The notes under the pieces are model-generated. The model was not told where the DNA came from. It saw nothing but the letters and a program-made list of their open reading frames with translations, and did not search any database. From Candidatus Omnitrophota bacterium (GTDB lineage: Bacteria > Omnitrophota > Gorgyraeia > B26-G9), in NCBI GenBank assembly GCA_018817585.1, contig JAHITE010000123.1:1280-65279 (forward strand): a DNA stretch of 64,000 bases. Direction: 5' to 3'. Of this stretch, positions 49,663-58,461 are shown piece by piece. Both the position numbers and the translations under genes were made by a program. Position 1 is the first letter of the stretch, and every line of letters starts with the position of its first letter.

Positions 49663-50413
49663 TAGCTAACCTCAACTTCTTTAAAAATTCAAGACTCTTA
49701 AATTGTATTCCCAAATGAAAATCAATAAACCTTCGCAAAATCTGTTCTAATTCAACACTGATACTGCTGATTATTTTAAATGACTGCAAATCTTCTAATT
49801 TTGTTTTTTCAATATGCTCAATTGTCGCCACTGTTCCCTGCATTAAATTATGAGCATTAATATCAAAATTGTAGCATTTTTCGCACAGCAAACCGCCCAA
49901 AACATAACTGAATTTGCTCATTGTAAACATCTGACTGGTACAATGCACACAATAATCAAGGCGCGGCTTAAATCCGGAAAGATCCAAAAACTTTATTTCA
50001 AAGATTTGCGCAATGTTATTTATTTTATCGTTTTTATCAAGAAATTTCAAGAACTTCATTACTAAATCGAAAATTTCTCGATTCTTTTCACCAAAAGGAA
50101 TTGCCGCGCTGATCAATTCAATAATATAACTGGCTAATCCGAATTTTTCCACATTTTTGTCAATATTCGGAAAATGTTCAATTAGATCAGCCTGGCTGAC
50201 AATATGCAAATCGCTTTTCAGACTTTCATAAAAAACAATTGCATTATGAGTAATCGGACTAAAACTTGAACCAAATTTATCAATTTTTCTTCTTGCGCCT
50301 TTTGCCTGTGCATGAATTTTGCCAAAATCAGAAGTAAACAAGCTAACCAAATAACTTGTCTCGCGATAATCTCTTCTATTTAGCACTATGGCATCAGTTT
50401 TATGTATCAGCAT
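49655..50413 (-). CDS. recO: DNA repair protein RecO
   Basis: N-terminal OB fold (GIVLNRRDYRETSYLV), C4 zinc motif CVHC...CEKC; about 250 aa. Confidence 0.8.
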   Translation of the reverse strand: MLIHKTDAIVLNRRDYRETSYLVSLFTSDFGKIHAQAKGARRKIDKFGSSFSPITHNAIVFYESLKSDLHIVSQADLIEHFPNIDKNVEKFGLASYIIELISAAIPFGEKNREIFDLVMKFLKFLDKNDKINNIAQIFEIKFLDLSGFKPRLDYCVHCTSQMFTMSKFSYVLGGLLCEKCYNFDINAHNLMQGTVATIEHIEKTKLEDLQSFKIISSISVELEQILRRFIDFHLGIQFKSLEFLKKLRLANV

Positions 50414-50414
50414 C

Positions 50415-51119
50415 TTATAATCTTAAAAGGAAAAATATTAAACTGGTTAAGCCTAAACCAACCAAAGACCCGGCAATTACTTCTTTTAAACTGTGAAACC
50501 CTGGTCGGATTCTGCTTTGCGCGACCAGCAAAGCCAAAATAAATATCAGAACAATCAGCAGTTTACTGGGAGATAAAAAAAGAGTTATTGACCAGACGGA
50601 AAAAGCCAATGCGGAATGACCCGAGGGCATTCCGCCGCGCAAAGGCTGGCCTCTGCCGATTTTCGCTTTGGAAAATATAACTGTTAAGAGTACAATCAAA
50701 AAAGAAATAAAGGTTATGTGCAAAGGATTATTCCGAATATAATCAATGCTCGTTTGAATCGTATTTTTTGGTAAATTGGTCAAAAATAAAAGATAACCGA
50801 CAAATACCGAATTAATTGCCGCTACCAAGACTGATCCGGCAGCAATATCTTTGATAATTCTCGCCAAAGGATGAAACTCATCAGTAATCAGATCAATGAT
50901 CAGCTCAGTGGCAGTATTCAGCATCTCAGCCAGCAGCACAAACGATATCGTAATCAGTAATAATATAAGTTCTGGTTTTGACAAGTTGCAATACAAACCT
51001 AAAAGCAGCATAATAATGCCCGCCAGAAAATGAAAACGCATATTTCTTTGGGTTTTCAGAACATAAAGAATCCCTTCAATCGCGTAATTAAAACTGTCAA
51101 ACAATCGGCGTTTATGCAT
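50415..51119 (-). CDS. dgkA: fusion of prokaryotic diacylglycerol/undecaprenol kinase (DgkA) with a PAP2 lipid phosphatase domain
   Basis: N-terminal half is DgkA-like (3 TM, ..AEMLNTA.E..). C-terminal half carries PAP2 motifs KxxxxxxP, PSGH, SRxxxxxH (KIGRGQPL / PSGHSA / SRIRPGFHS). Confidence 0.65.
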   Translation of the reverse strand: MHKRRLFDSFNYAIEGILYVLKTQRNMRFHFLAGIIMLLLGLYCNLSKPELILLLITISFVLLAEMLNTATELIIDLITDEFHPLARIIKDIAAGSVLVAAINSVFVGYLLFLTNLPKNTIQTSIDYIRNNPLHITFISFLIVLLTVIFSKAKIGRGQPLRGGMPSGHSALAFSVWSITLFLSPSKLLIVLIFILALLVAQSRIRPGFHSLKEVIAGSLVGLGLTSLIFFLLRL

Positions 51120-51576
51120 ACCTTTCCATCAGCTCCTCTTGCATTTTTTTCATTTGCTTAAATTCTAATTTAGTTTTATCGCTGAATCCTAATAAATGGA
51201 GTATGCCATGAATAAGGTAGAGATTTACTTCCGATTCAATGCTCAACTTTAATCGGCTGGCTTGAGATTGGGCAGTTTCCACAGATAATATTACGTCCCC
51301 GAGAATTTGCGGATTAATTTTTCCAAATTCACCATCAGACATTCTAAAGGCCAGCACATCAGTCGGCGAATTCTTATTTAAATAACGTTTATGCAAATCC
51401 GTAATCTGTGGATCATCAACTAAAACAATGCTTAATTCCCCGGAATCAATTCCCCGAGATCTAAGCACATTATTTGCCAAAGTTTTCAGTTTACGGCTGT
51501 TTATTTTTATTTTTTTCTGAAGATTCTTTATGCTTATTTTGTTCATTAGTAAATTGTTTAATGTCCGGATATTCAA
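51112..51576 (-). CDS. ybeY: rRNA maturation endoribonuclease YbeY
   Basis: HGILHLLGFSD zinc-binding motif; about 150 aa. The N-terminus given by the ORF track overlaps pgpH, so the true start is probably an internal Met. Confidence 0.85.
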   Translation of the reverse strand: MNIRTLNNLLMNKISIKNLQKKIKINSRKLKTLANNVLRSRGIDSGELSIVLVDDPQITDLHKRYLNKNSPTDVLAFRMSDGEFGKINPQILGDVILSVETAQSQASRLKLSIESEVNLYLIHGILHLLGFSDKTKLEFKQMKKMQEELMERYA

Positions 51577-53149
51577 TCCTTGTGTGAAAAATACCGTTTA
51601 GAATATGGATAAAAACATTTGATATTGTATGCAAATCTTTCAAGGTTAAATCGCAGCCGTCTAATTGTCCGTCAATAAATTTATTATTAATCAGGCGATT
51701 GACAATGGCCTTGATTTTCACTGGAGTGGGAGCCGGCATGGCCCGGGATGCTGCCTCAACCGCGTCAGCCAGCATGACAATAGCCGCTTCTTTTGACTGC
51801 GGTTTTGGTCCGGGATAGCGAAAATCTTCAGCCTGCACACTGTTTTTTTCCTGACCATTCTGTTCCAGCGCCCGATGATAAAAAAACTGAACAATATCAT
51901 CCCCATGATGCTGCACAATAATATCATTAATTGCTGATCCCAATTTATATTTTTTAGCCAGGTCTGAACCTTCTTTAACATGATTAATGATTATCAGACT
52001 GCTGATTGTCGGACTTAAATTTTCATGTTTGTCTTCTGAATGCGCTTGATTTTCCGTAAAATAAGGAGCCATGCGTAATTTTCCGATATCATGAAAATAA
52101 CCTCCCACCCGCGCCAGTAAAGTATTTGCCCCCACTGCTTCAGCCGCTGATTCAGCTAAATTACCGACAACTAAACTATGATGATAAGTCCCCGGAGCTT
52201 TTAACACTAATTCCTTTAATACCGGCTGATTCAAATCTGATAATTCCAGCAAACTAACATTAGTCGTTATCCCAAACAAGACTTCAAACACCGGCAAAAA
52301 CGCGGTAACAATAACTCCGGAAATAATTCCACTGGCCAAGCCCCAGGCTCCCTGCTTAATAATATAATTAATTGAAATAAAATTTATCATCCCCATCGCC
52401 ACAATCGAAATCATATTAGTTAAACCAATTAAAATTCCGGCTTTGGTCAAATCTCTTCTTCTGCGGACATTGATCACCGAATAAATACTTACAATCCCGC
52501 CGGCAAGCATAGCCACCATTACATCCAATCTAACACCAGTTAAAACTCCGATAAAAATACTCAAAATAACCGTAGCCATCAAAGAAACACCTGGATCAAC
52601 CAAAATAGCCACCAGCATTGAGACACTGGCAATCGGAATTAAATAAACGCTCCAACCTGATAATATTATGGCTTTAGCCCCTAAAATCAGGAGCAATGAC
52701 ACTAAACACAATAATACAACATTTTTTAATTCAGTCAGAACCTTAAGCTTGCGGATAGTTTGATAAGTAACAGTTATAACACAAAATATAATCATTAGCA
52801 GTAAAATCCCCAGAATATAATAAAGATTTTTCGGCTGTTTTTTATTTTTTTTCAGCTCAGTATTTGCCAGATGCTGGGTTTTATTGATCTTTTGTCCGCG
52901 TTCAACAATAATTTCATCCTTTTTAACATTGATTTCTTTTCCGTCAATATCAATAAACGAGAATTCAAACGGCGCGTATATATCCTGCTGAGATATCTGT
53001 CCGACTTCAACTGCCGGCTGGGGAACTAAAAAACCCTTGCCCATAAAAATAGTTGCCGCGACAGTCAAAAAAACAAAAATAGCAATAATCAGATTTATCG
53101 CGCTCTGATTATTGCTATTATCTTTTTGAGCTATACTGTTTTTATTCAT
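51491..53149 (-). CDS. pgpH: 7TM receptor with intracellular HD hydrolase (PgpH-like c-di-AMP phosphodiesterase family)
   Basis: Extracellular N-domain, 7 TM helices, HD domain (HHSLVVGNLAE...FHDIGK); operon position upstream of ybeY-dgkA as in Firmicutes. Confidence 0.8.
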   Translation of the reverse strand: MNKNSIAQKDNSNNQSAINLIIAIFVFLTVAATIFMGKGFLVPQPAVEVGQISQQDIYAPFEFSFIDIDGKEINVKKDEIIVERGQKINKTQHLANTELKKNKKQPKNLYYILGILLLMIIFCVITVTYQTIRKLKVLTELKNVVLLCLVSLLLILGAKAIILSGWSVYLIPIASVSMLVAILVDPGVSLMATVILSIFIGVLTGVRLDVMVAMLAGGIVSIYSVINVRRRRDLTKAGILIGLTNMISIVAMGMINFISINYIIKQGAWGLASGIISGVIVTAFLPVFEVLFGITTNVSLLELSDLNQPVLKELVLKAPGTYHHSLVVGNLAESAAEAVGANTLLARVGGYFHDIGKLRMAPYFTENQAHSEDKHENLSPTISSLIIINHVKEGSDLAKKYKLGSAINDIIVQHHGDDIVQFFYHRALEQNGQEKNSVQAEDFRYPGPKPQSKEAAIVMLADAVEAASRAMPAPTPVKIKAIVNRLINNKFIDGQLDGCDLTLKDLHTISNVFIHILNGIFHTRIEYPDIKQFTNEQNKHKESSEKNKNKQP

Positions 53150-53161
53150 ATATGCACCTTT

Positions 53162-53404
53162 TTATCCTGTATAAAAAATTCCGCGTTTTTTAATCAGCCA
53201 ACGACCCAAAATGCCTGCCTTTAACCATTCAGTTAATCCTCTGGCCAAAACCATGCTGCATTTTTCACCTATTTTTGAAAGAGTTTGCTTGCGGGCTATT
53301 AAATTTATGGGGAGTTTTTTGTTTAAAAATTCTAAATTCGCATCAACCCTGTTAAAAAGCATATTATTTTCCTGATAATCATGAAGTTTATCGGCTATTA
53401 TCAT
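53162..53404 (-). CDS. small hypothetical protein (80 aa)
   Basis: An ORF immediately upstream of pgpH in the same orientation; no recognisable domain. Confidence 0.25.
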   Translation of the reverse strand: MIIADKLHDYQENNMLFNRVDANLEFLNKKLPINLIARKQTLSKIGEKCSMVLARGLTEWLKAGILGRWLIKKRGIFYTG

Positions 53405-53434
53405 ACTTTTTAACTCTAAAAATTATCCTGAAAA

Positions 53435-54082
53435 TTATTCCGGAATCTTGATCATTTGTCCAGGATATATTTTGTTAGGATTTTTTAGAGAATCTTGATT
53501 AAAATCATAAATCTTTTTCCATTTTGTACTTGTTCCGTAAACATTTTTGGAAACTTTTTGTAAGGTATCACCTGGTTTTATTTTGTACATAGAAAAAGAA
53601 GTTTGAGTTTGAGCTTGAGTTTGAGCTTGAGTTTGAGCTTGAGCTGGCTTTGGCAGAACAACTTCCTGCTCAATTGCTTCTTCAGTTACCGTATAGCTTT
53701 TTTCATCTGGTAAAACTATTTCTTCGACAGCAGTTTCTTCTGTTGATTTGGACTGCCGCTGATTCATACTCGCTGGTCCGCCATAAATATAACCTCTATT
53801 GCCCCAGATTTCTTTGTCCGGGGTTGACTCAGACTGTCTAAAGTTTTTCCACTCCGGATATGGCGGAACCTCCATGGTAACTTGATAAACTTTTCTGGTA
53901 GTAACCCGCTGTTTTGCCTGATCTTCAGGAGGAATTGAACCAGAAATAAACCCTTTATTTCCGCTAATATCCTGATCTACTCTCGGCTCGTCTACTGTAA
54001 CCATAGAAAATCGCTTAACACAACCGCTTATATTTAAACTCAGCACTGATAAAATTATAATCAACGGCAACATTTTTTTCAT
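53435..54082 (-). CDS. LysM-domain lipoprotein with (QAQT)n low-complexity linker
   Basis: Lipobox LNISGC; C-terminal LysM YKIKPGDTLQKVSKNVYG...IYPGQMIKIP; AQAQTQAQTQAQTQ repeat. Confidence 0.7.
   Translation of the reverse strand: MKKMLPLIIILSVLSLNISGCVKRFSMVTVDEPRVDQDISGNKGFISGSIPPEDQAKQRVTTRKVYQVTMEVPPYPEWKNFRQSESTPDKEIWGNRGYIYGGPASMNQRQSKSTEETAVEEIVLPDEKSYTVTEEAIEQEVVLPKPAQAQTQAQTQAQTQTSFSMYKIKPGDTLQKVSKNVYGTSTKWKKIYDFNQDSLKNPNKIYPGQMIKIPE
53601..53646. repeat. tandem hexanucleotide repeat (TTGAGY)n, about 7 units, encoding the QAQT linker
   Basis: tttgagtttgagcttgagtttgagcttgagtttgagcttgagctgg, read directly from the sequence. Confidence 0.8.
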
Positions 54083-54157
54083 TTTTCAGACCTCCTGCAA
54101 TCAGTAGCAAACAATCTTCAATTTTTATTATTTATTTAAAGCATTTTTTATTATAAT

Positions 54158-55918
54158 CTATTCCTCTTTTATTGTCAAATGCAGCTCATCCAGCTGCGCT
54201 TGAGCAATTTTCGACGGAGCTGAGGTCAAAGGACAAAATGCTTTTTGGGTTTTAGGAAAAGCAATAACATCTCGGATACTGCTGCTGCCAGTCATCAGAG
54301 TTAATAAACGATCCATCCCCGGAGCAAAACCACCATGAGGAGGCGCCCCATATTTAAATGCCTTGAGCAAGAATCCGAACTTGGCTTCAATTTCTTCTTT
54401 ACCCAAGCCTAAAATAGAAAATATTTTTTCCTGCAATTCAGGATTATGAATACGAATACTACCACTACCGAGTTCCGTTCCATTGACAACCAGATCATAA
54501 GCGCAGGATCTTACTCTCGCTCTATCGGTATCCAAAAACTCCAGGTCTTCTGGTTTAGGAGACGTAAACGGATGATGTTCGGAATCCCATCTTTTCTCCT
54601 CTTCATTATATTTAAACAGCGGAAAATCAGTTACCCATAAAAAATTAAAATCATCGCTTTGATCAAGTTTCAACATTCCGGCAACATTAACCCGCAACTG
54701 CCCGAGAACACTCAATGCGGTTTTCTGTTTATCCGCAACCAAAAGTAAAAGATCTCCTGGTTTTGTTTTAAATTCAACTGTTAAATTTTTTAATAAGGAA
54801 TCGCCTAAATGTTTTTTTACCGGCGACTGAAAATCATTTTCCTGAACTTTTATCCAAACCAAGCCTTTGGCTCCCAAATCAATTGCCTGTTTGGTCAGAT
54901 CATCGAGCTGTTTAAGCGTAAACTGCGCGCCGCCCGGAGCTTTCAAACCCATGATCTTGCCTTTAGACTCTATAACTTTTTTAAACACCATAAACTCGCT
55001 TGATTCGGCTAAAGAATTAAGATCTTTTAATTCCAGATCATAACGTGTATCCGGTTTATCTGAGCCAAAACAAAGGATTGCCTGCTCATGAGTTACACGC
55101 AAAAAAGGCGTTACTAGTTTTTTATTCATGGTTTTTTGAAAAACTTCAGCTAGAAGCCGCTCTAAAAGATCATATATTTCCTCTTCTTCGACAAAAGACA
55201 TTTCCATATCCAGCTGAGTGAATTCCGGCTGACGGTCTTTACGCAAATCTTCATCGCGAAAACATTTGGCAATCTGATAATATTTATCAAACCCGGAAAC
55301 CATTAAAATCTGTTTAAATAATTGGGGTGACTGCGGCAAAGCAAAAAACTCTCCATTATTCAATCGGCTGGGGACAAGATAATCACGCGCTCCCTCAGGA
55401 GTGCTTTTAGTCAAAATCGGAGTTTCAATTTCTAGAAAACCCTGCTCACAAAGAAAACTGCGGATCACATTAAACACCTTAGAGCGCAGAATCAGATTAT
55501 CTTTCATTTTTTTTCTTCTTAAATCCAAATAGCGATAAGCCAGTCTCAGTTCTTCGCCAACATCCTTATCATCATTTACTTCAAAAGGCAAAGCCTGCGC
55601 TTTATTTAGAACCTCTAATTGCTCAATGATTATTTCAATCTGTCCGGTTGCGATTTTTGGATTAATTGTACCTTCTGGTCTAGCGCTGACTTTTCCCTGC
55701 ACTGAAATAACAAATTCACTGCGCAAAGACTGCGCTAATTCATGCACTGACGAATTGACCTGAGGGTCAAAAACAATCTGAGTAAGCCCTTCTCGATCGC
55801 GCAGATCAATAAAAATCAATCCTCCATGATCGCGGCGCGAATTAACCCAACCACTTAAAACAACCTGTTTATTTTCATCTTTCAGATTCAGCTGACCACA
55901 ATTATGAGTTCTTTGCAT
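54158..55918 (-). CDS. aspS: aspartate--tRNA ligase
   Basis: N-terminal OB anticodon-binding domain, class II motifs (FRDEDLR.DRQPEFTQLD, GGxxxGxDR); about 590 aa. Confidence 0.9.
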   Translation of the reverse strand: MQRTHNCGQLNLKDENKQVVLSGWVNSRRDHGGLIFIDLRDREGLTQIVFDPQVNSSVHELAQSLRSEFVISVQGKVSARPEGTINPKIATGQIEIIIEQLEVLNKAQALPFEVNDDKDVGEELRLAYRYLDLRRKKMKDNLILRSKVFNVIRSFLCEQGFLEIETPILTKSTPEGARDYLVPSRLNNGEFFALPQSPQLFKQILMVSGFDKYYQIAKCFRDEDLRKDRQPEFTQLDMEMSFVEEEEIYDLLERLLAEVFQKTMNKKLVTPFLRVTHEQAILCFGSDKPDTRYDLELKDLNSLAESSEFMVFKKVIESKGKIMGLKAPGGAQFTLKQLDDLTKQAIDLGAKGLVWIKVQENDFQSPVKKHLGDSLLKNLTVEFKTKPGDLLLLVADKQKTALSVLGQLRVNVAGMLKLDQSDDFNFLWVTDFPLFKYNEEEKRWDSEHHPFTSPKPEDLEFLDTDRARVRSCAYDLVVNGTELGSGSIRIHNPELQEKIFSILGLGKEEIEAKFGFLLKAFKYGAPPHGGFAPGMDRLLTLMTGSSSIRDVIAFPKTQKAFCPLTSAPSKIAQAQLDELHLTIKEE

Positions 55919-55949
55919 GTTATTCCTTTTAGCTTAATTTTATTAAAAA

Positions 55950-57110
55950 TTATTTACCCATTCCCACTCTTTGCGCCTGCTGGAATATTTTTCCTTCGGT
56001 TTGAATTGAAGGGGCAATTATGATTTCAGTTAGGTTCATTTCTTTAATTGTTTTCGCGCCAAGCGATCCCATCGAAAGCTGCAAAGCTCCCATAAGATTC
56101 TGAGATCCATCATCCAGCCGGGCCGGGCCAAAAAGGATTTCTTCTAATGTTCCGGTTGTCCCTACGCGGATTCTTGTGCCTCTGGGCAAATTCGCGTGCG
56201 GCGTAGCCATACCCCAATGAAAACCGCGCCCCGGAGCTTCTTTGGTTCTGGCAAAAGCTGAACCAACCATAACCGCGTCAGCACCGCTGGCAAAAGCTTT
56301 GCAGATATCTCCGCCGGAACGCATTCCGCCGTCGGTTATAATCGGCACATATCTGCCGGTTTTTTTCATATAATAATCCCGCGCTTCAGCACAATCACAG
56401 GTTGCAGTTACTTGCGGAACACCGATCCCTAAAACCCCGCGGGTAGTACACGCAGCCCCAGGTCCAATCCCTACAAGCAGAGCACTTATTCCTGCTTCAA
56501 AAAGCTCAAGCGCTACATCATGCGTAACACAATTTCCCACAACCACAGGAATTTTCATTTTAGAACAGAATTTTCCAATATCCAGCACTTCATATTCTGA
56601 AGAAACATGCTGGACTGATGTAACTGTTGACTGAACCACAAAAATATCAGCTCCAGCTTCCTGTGCTAAAGCGCCAAATCTTTCTGCCCGCTGAGGAATC
56701 GCGCTTACAATACAAGGAACTTTTGCTTTTTTAATCTGTTCAATTCTTACTGATACTAATTCTTCTTTAATCGGCTCATTATATATGCCCTGAACCAGCT
56801 TGGTTGCTTCTTCCGGCGTTGCATTAGCAATTCTATCCAAAACCTCATTAGGGTTTTTATATCGTGTCTGAACGCCTTCTAAATTTAAAACCGCGAGTCC
56901 GCCGAGTTTTCCCATGGCTATAGCAAAATTAACATCAACAACTCCATCCATCGCCGCGGCAATAATCGGAACCTTATACTTAACACCACCCAGAATGAAA
57001 CTGGAATCAACTTCATTAGGATTGATCGTAACCATTCCCGGGACAAGTGCGATCTCATCAAATCCATAACAGCGACGTGCTTTTCTGCCTTTTCCGATAA
57101 ATTCTGCCAT
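55950..57110 (-). CDS. IMP dehydrogenase / GMP reductase family protein lacking the CBS subdomain
   Basis: Catalytic Cys loop GIGPGAACTTR, phosphate-binding GGxxxGxDxxKA; 386 aa; no CBS pair insertion. Confidence 0.7.
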   Translation of the reverse strand: MAEFIGKGRKARRCYGFDEIALVPGMVTINPNEVDSSFILGGVKYKVPIIAAAMDGVVDVNFAIAMGKLGGLAVLNLEGVQTRYKNPNEVLDRIANATPEEATKLVQGIYNEPIKEELVSVRIEQIKKAKVPCIVSAIPQRAERFGALAQEAGADIFVVQSTVTSVQHVSSEYEVLDIGKFCSKMKIPVVVGNCVTHDVALELFEAGISALLVGIGPGAACTTRGVLGIGVPQVTATCDCAEARDYYMKKTGRYVPIITDGGMRSGGDICKAFASGADAVMVGSAFARTKEAPGRGFHWGMATPHANLPRGTRIRVGTTGTLEEILFGPARLDDGSQNLMGALQLSMGSLGAKTIKEMNLTEIIIAPSIQTEGKIFQQAQRVGMGK

Positions 57111-57250
57111 TGTTTTTACCTCCCCTTATGCTCTTAACCAATTATTTAATAACAGTTTGTAATATATACATAATAAACTATTACTTATAGAAATTTTGAG
57201 AGTTTAATATAGCATAGAATCGAGTATGTGTCAATTACTTAAACTTAAGA

Positions 57251-57766
57251 TTACTTAAACTTAAGAGACAAATCAGCGTATAACTTATCAAACATCAGAA
57301 ATGTTTTCTCAAATCCCTGTTCCGAGCTGGTCGATGCCTGCAGCACTGCTGCGACTTCCTGTTTAAACTCAACTATTTTTGAGTTTGGTTCCTGCGCCCA
57401 ATAATTTATCTCTATTTCATGAATAAGTTTGCCGATTTCTTTTACTCCATCATCAGAAATTTTATATTTATTTATTACAGTCTCAAAGGCGCAAAACTCG
57501 GCTGTTCTTCTAAACTCAGCATCCGGAGTATCAAAAGCAATTCCTTCGCTAATGATCTCTCCCTTTGGATAAAATTTAAATATCGCGTTCTTATCTACAA
57601 AATTCTTGATCAGCCAGGCAGTCGCGCAAGTATCCACTTCTAATGTATCCCAGGTTGAGTATACTGAAGCTTTAGTTTGCCCAAAAACAACAGTCGGCAA
57701 AAATAATAAGCCGATTATTCCCACCAACACAGGTATAATTAGTTTACTTTTTTTAGAATAAATCAT
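57251..57766 (-). CDS. hypothetical exported protein
   Basis: N-terminal signal/anchor; no recognisable domain; directly upstream of the ABC transporter genes. Confidence 0.3.
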   Translation of the reverse strand: MIYSKKSKLIIPVLVGIIGLLFLPTVVFGQTKASVYSTWDTLEVDTCATAWLIKNFVDKNAIFKFYPKGEIISEGIAFDTPDAEFRRTAEFCAFETVINKYKISDDGVKEIGKLIHEIEINYWAQEPNSKIVEFKQEVAAVLQASTSSEQGFEKTFLMFDKLYADLSLKFK

Positions 57767-57768
57767 TT

Positions 57769-58461
57769 TTATTTTACTCCCATGAATTTTTTCACAAACA
57801 GATTATTCGGACTATTTCTGATCTCCGTCAAACTGCCTTTTTGCTCGATTTTACCTTGATGCAGCAAAATAACATTATCAGTTATTTGAGCCGCTTCAGC
57901 CTGATCATGGGTGACATAGATCATAGTTATATGCGTATTTTTCCGCAAATCAAGAATCAGTTTTATTAAATCATCTTTTAGTAAAGGGTCGATACTGCTC
58001 AAAGGTTCATCCAGTAAGAGTATTTTAGGATTAGATATCAGGCTTCTTGCCAAAGCCAGTCTTTGTTTTTCACCGCCGGAAAGCTGCTGCGGATATGCCT
58101 TTGCTTTATCCAGCAAACCAACCGCGCTAAGCATATCAGTTACTTCGGTTTTAGTGTTTTTCTTATTCAAGCAAAAAGCCAAATTTTCTCTAACGCTCAT
58201 ATGCGGCCATAAGGCCAGATCCTGAAACACCATACTTACCTGGCGTTTTGAAGCAACGGCATTATTCATATTTTTCCCGTCAAATAATATCTGCCCCTGT
58301 TCCGGAGCATCCAATCCAGCAATCAACCTGAGAATTGTTGTCTTGCCGCTGCCCGATGGGCCAAGGATTACTAATCTATCCGCCTTTTTAACCGCGAAAG
58401 AAATATCTTCCAGAATCTTATTTTGCTGTTTAGATTTGCTGATGTTTTTTAATTCAATCAT
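57769..58461 (-). CDS. ABC transporter ATP-binding protein (Fbp/Thi-type importer)
   Basis: Walker A GPSGSGKTT, signature LSGGEKQRL, Walker B LLLDEP; 230 aa. Confidence 0.85.
   Translation of the reverse strand: MIELKNISKSKQQNKILEDISFAVKKADRLVILGPSGSGKTTILRLIAGLDAPEQGQILFDGKNMNNAVASKRQVSMVFQDLALWPHMSVRENLAFCLNKKNTKTEVTDMLSAVGLLDKAKAYPQQLSGGEKQRLALARSLISNPKILLLDEPLSSIDPLLKDDLIKLILDLRKNTHITMIYVTHDQAEAAQITDNVILLHQGKIEQKGSLTEIRNSPNNLFVKKFMGVK

Noticed and set aside
53601-53646. Short tandem repeat considered as a possible CRISPR array, and the 32459-32488 repeat likewise
   Set aside because: Units are 6 bp and 15 bp with no spacers, with a single array of 2-8 copies, one coding and one at a promoter. 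No cas genes. Not CRISPR.
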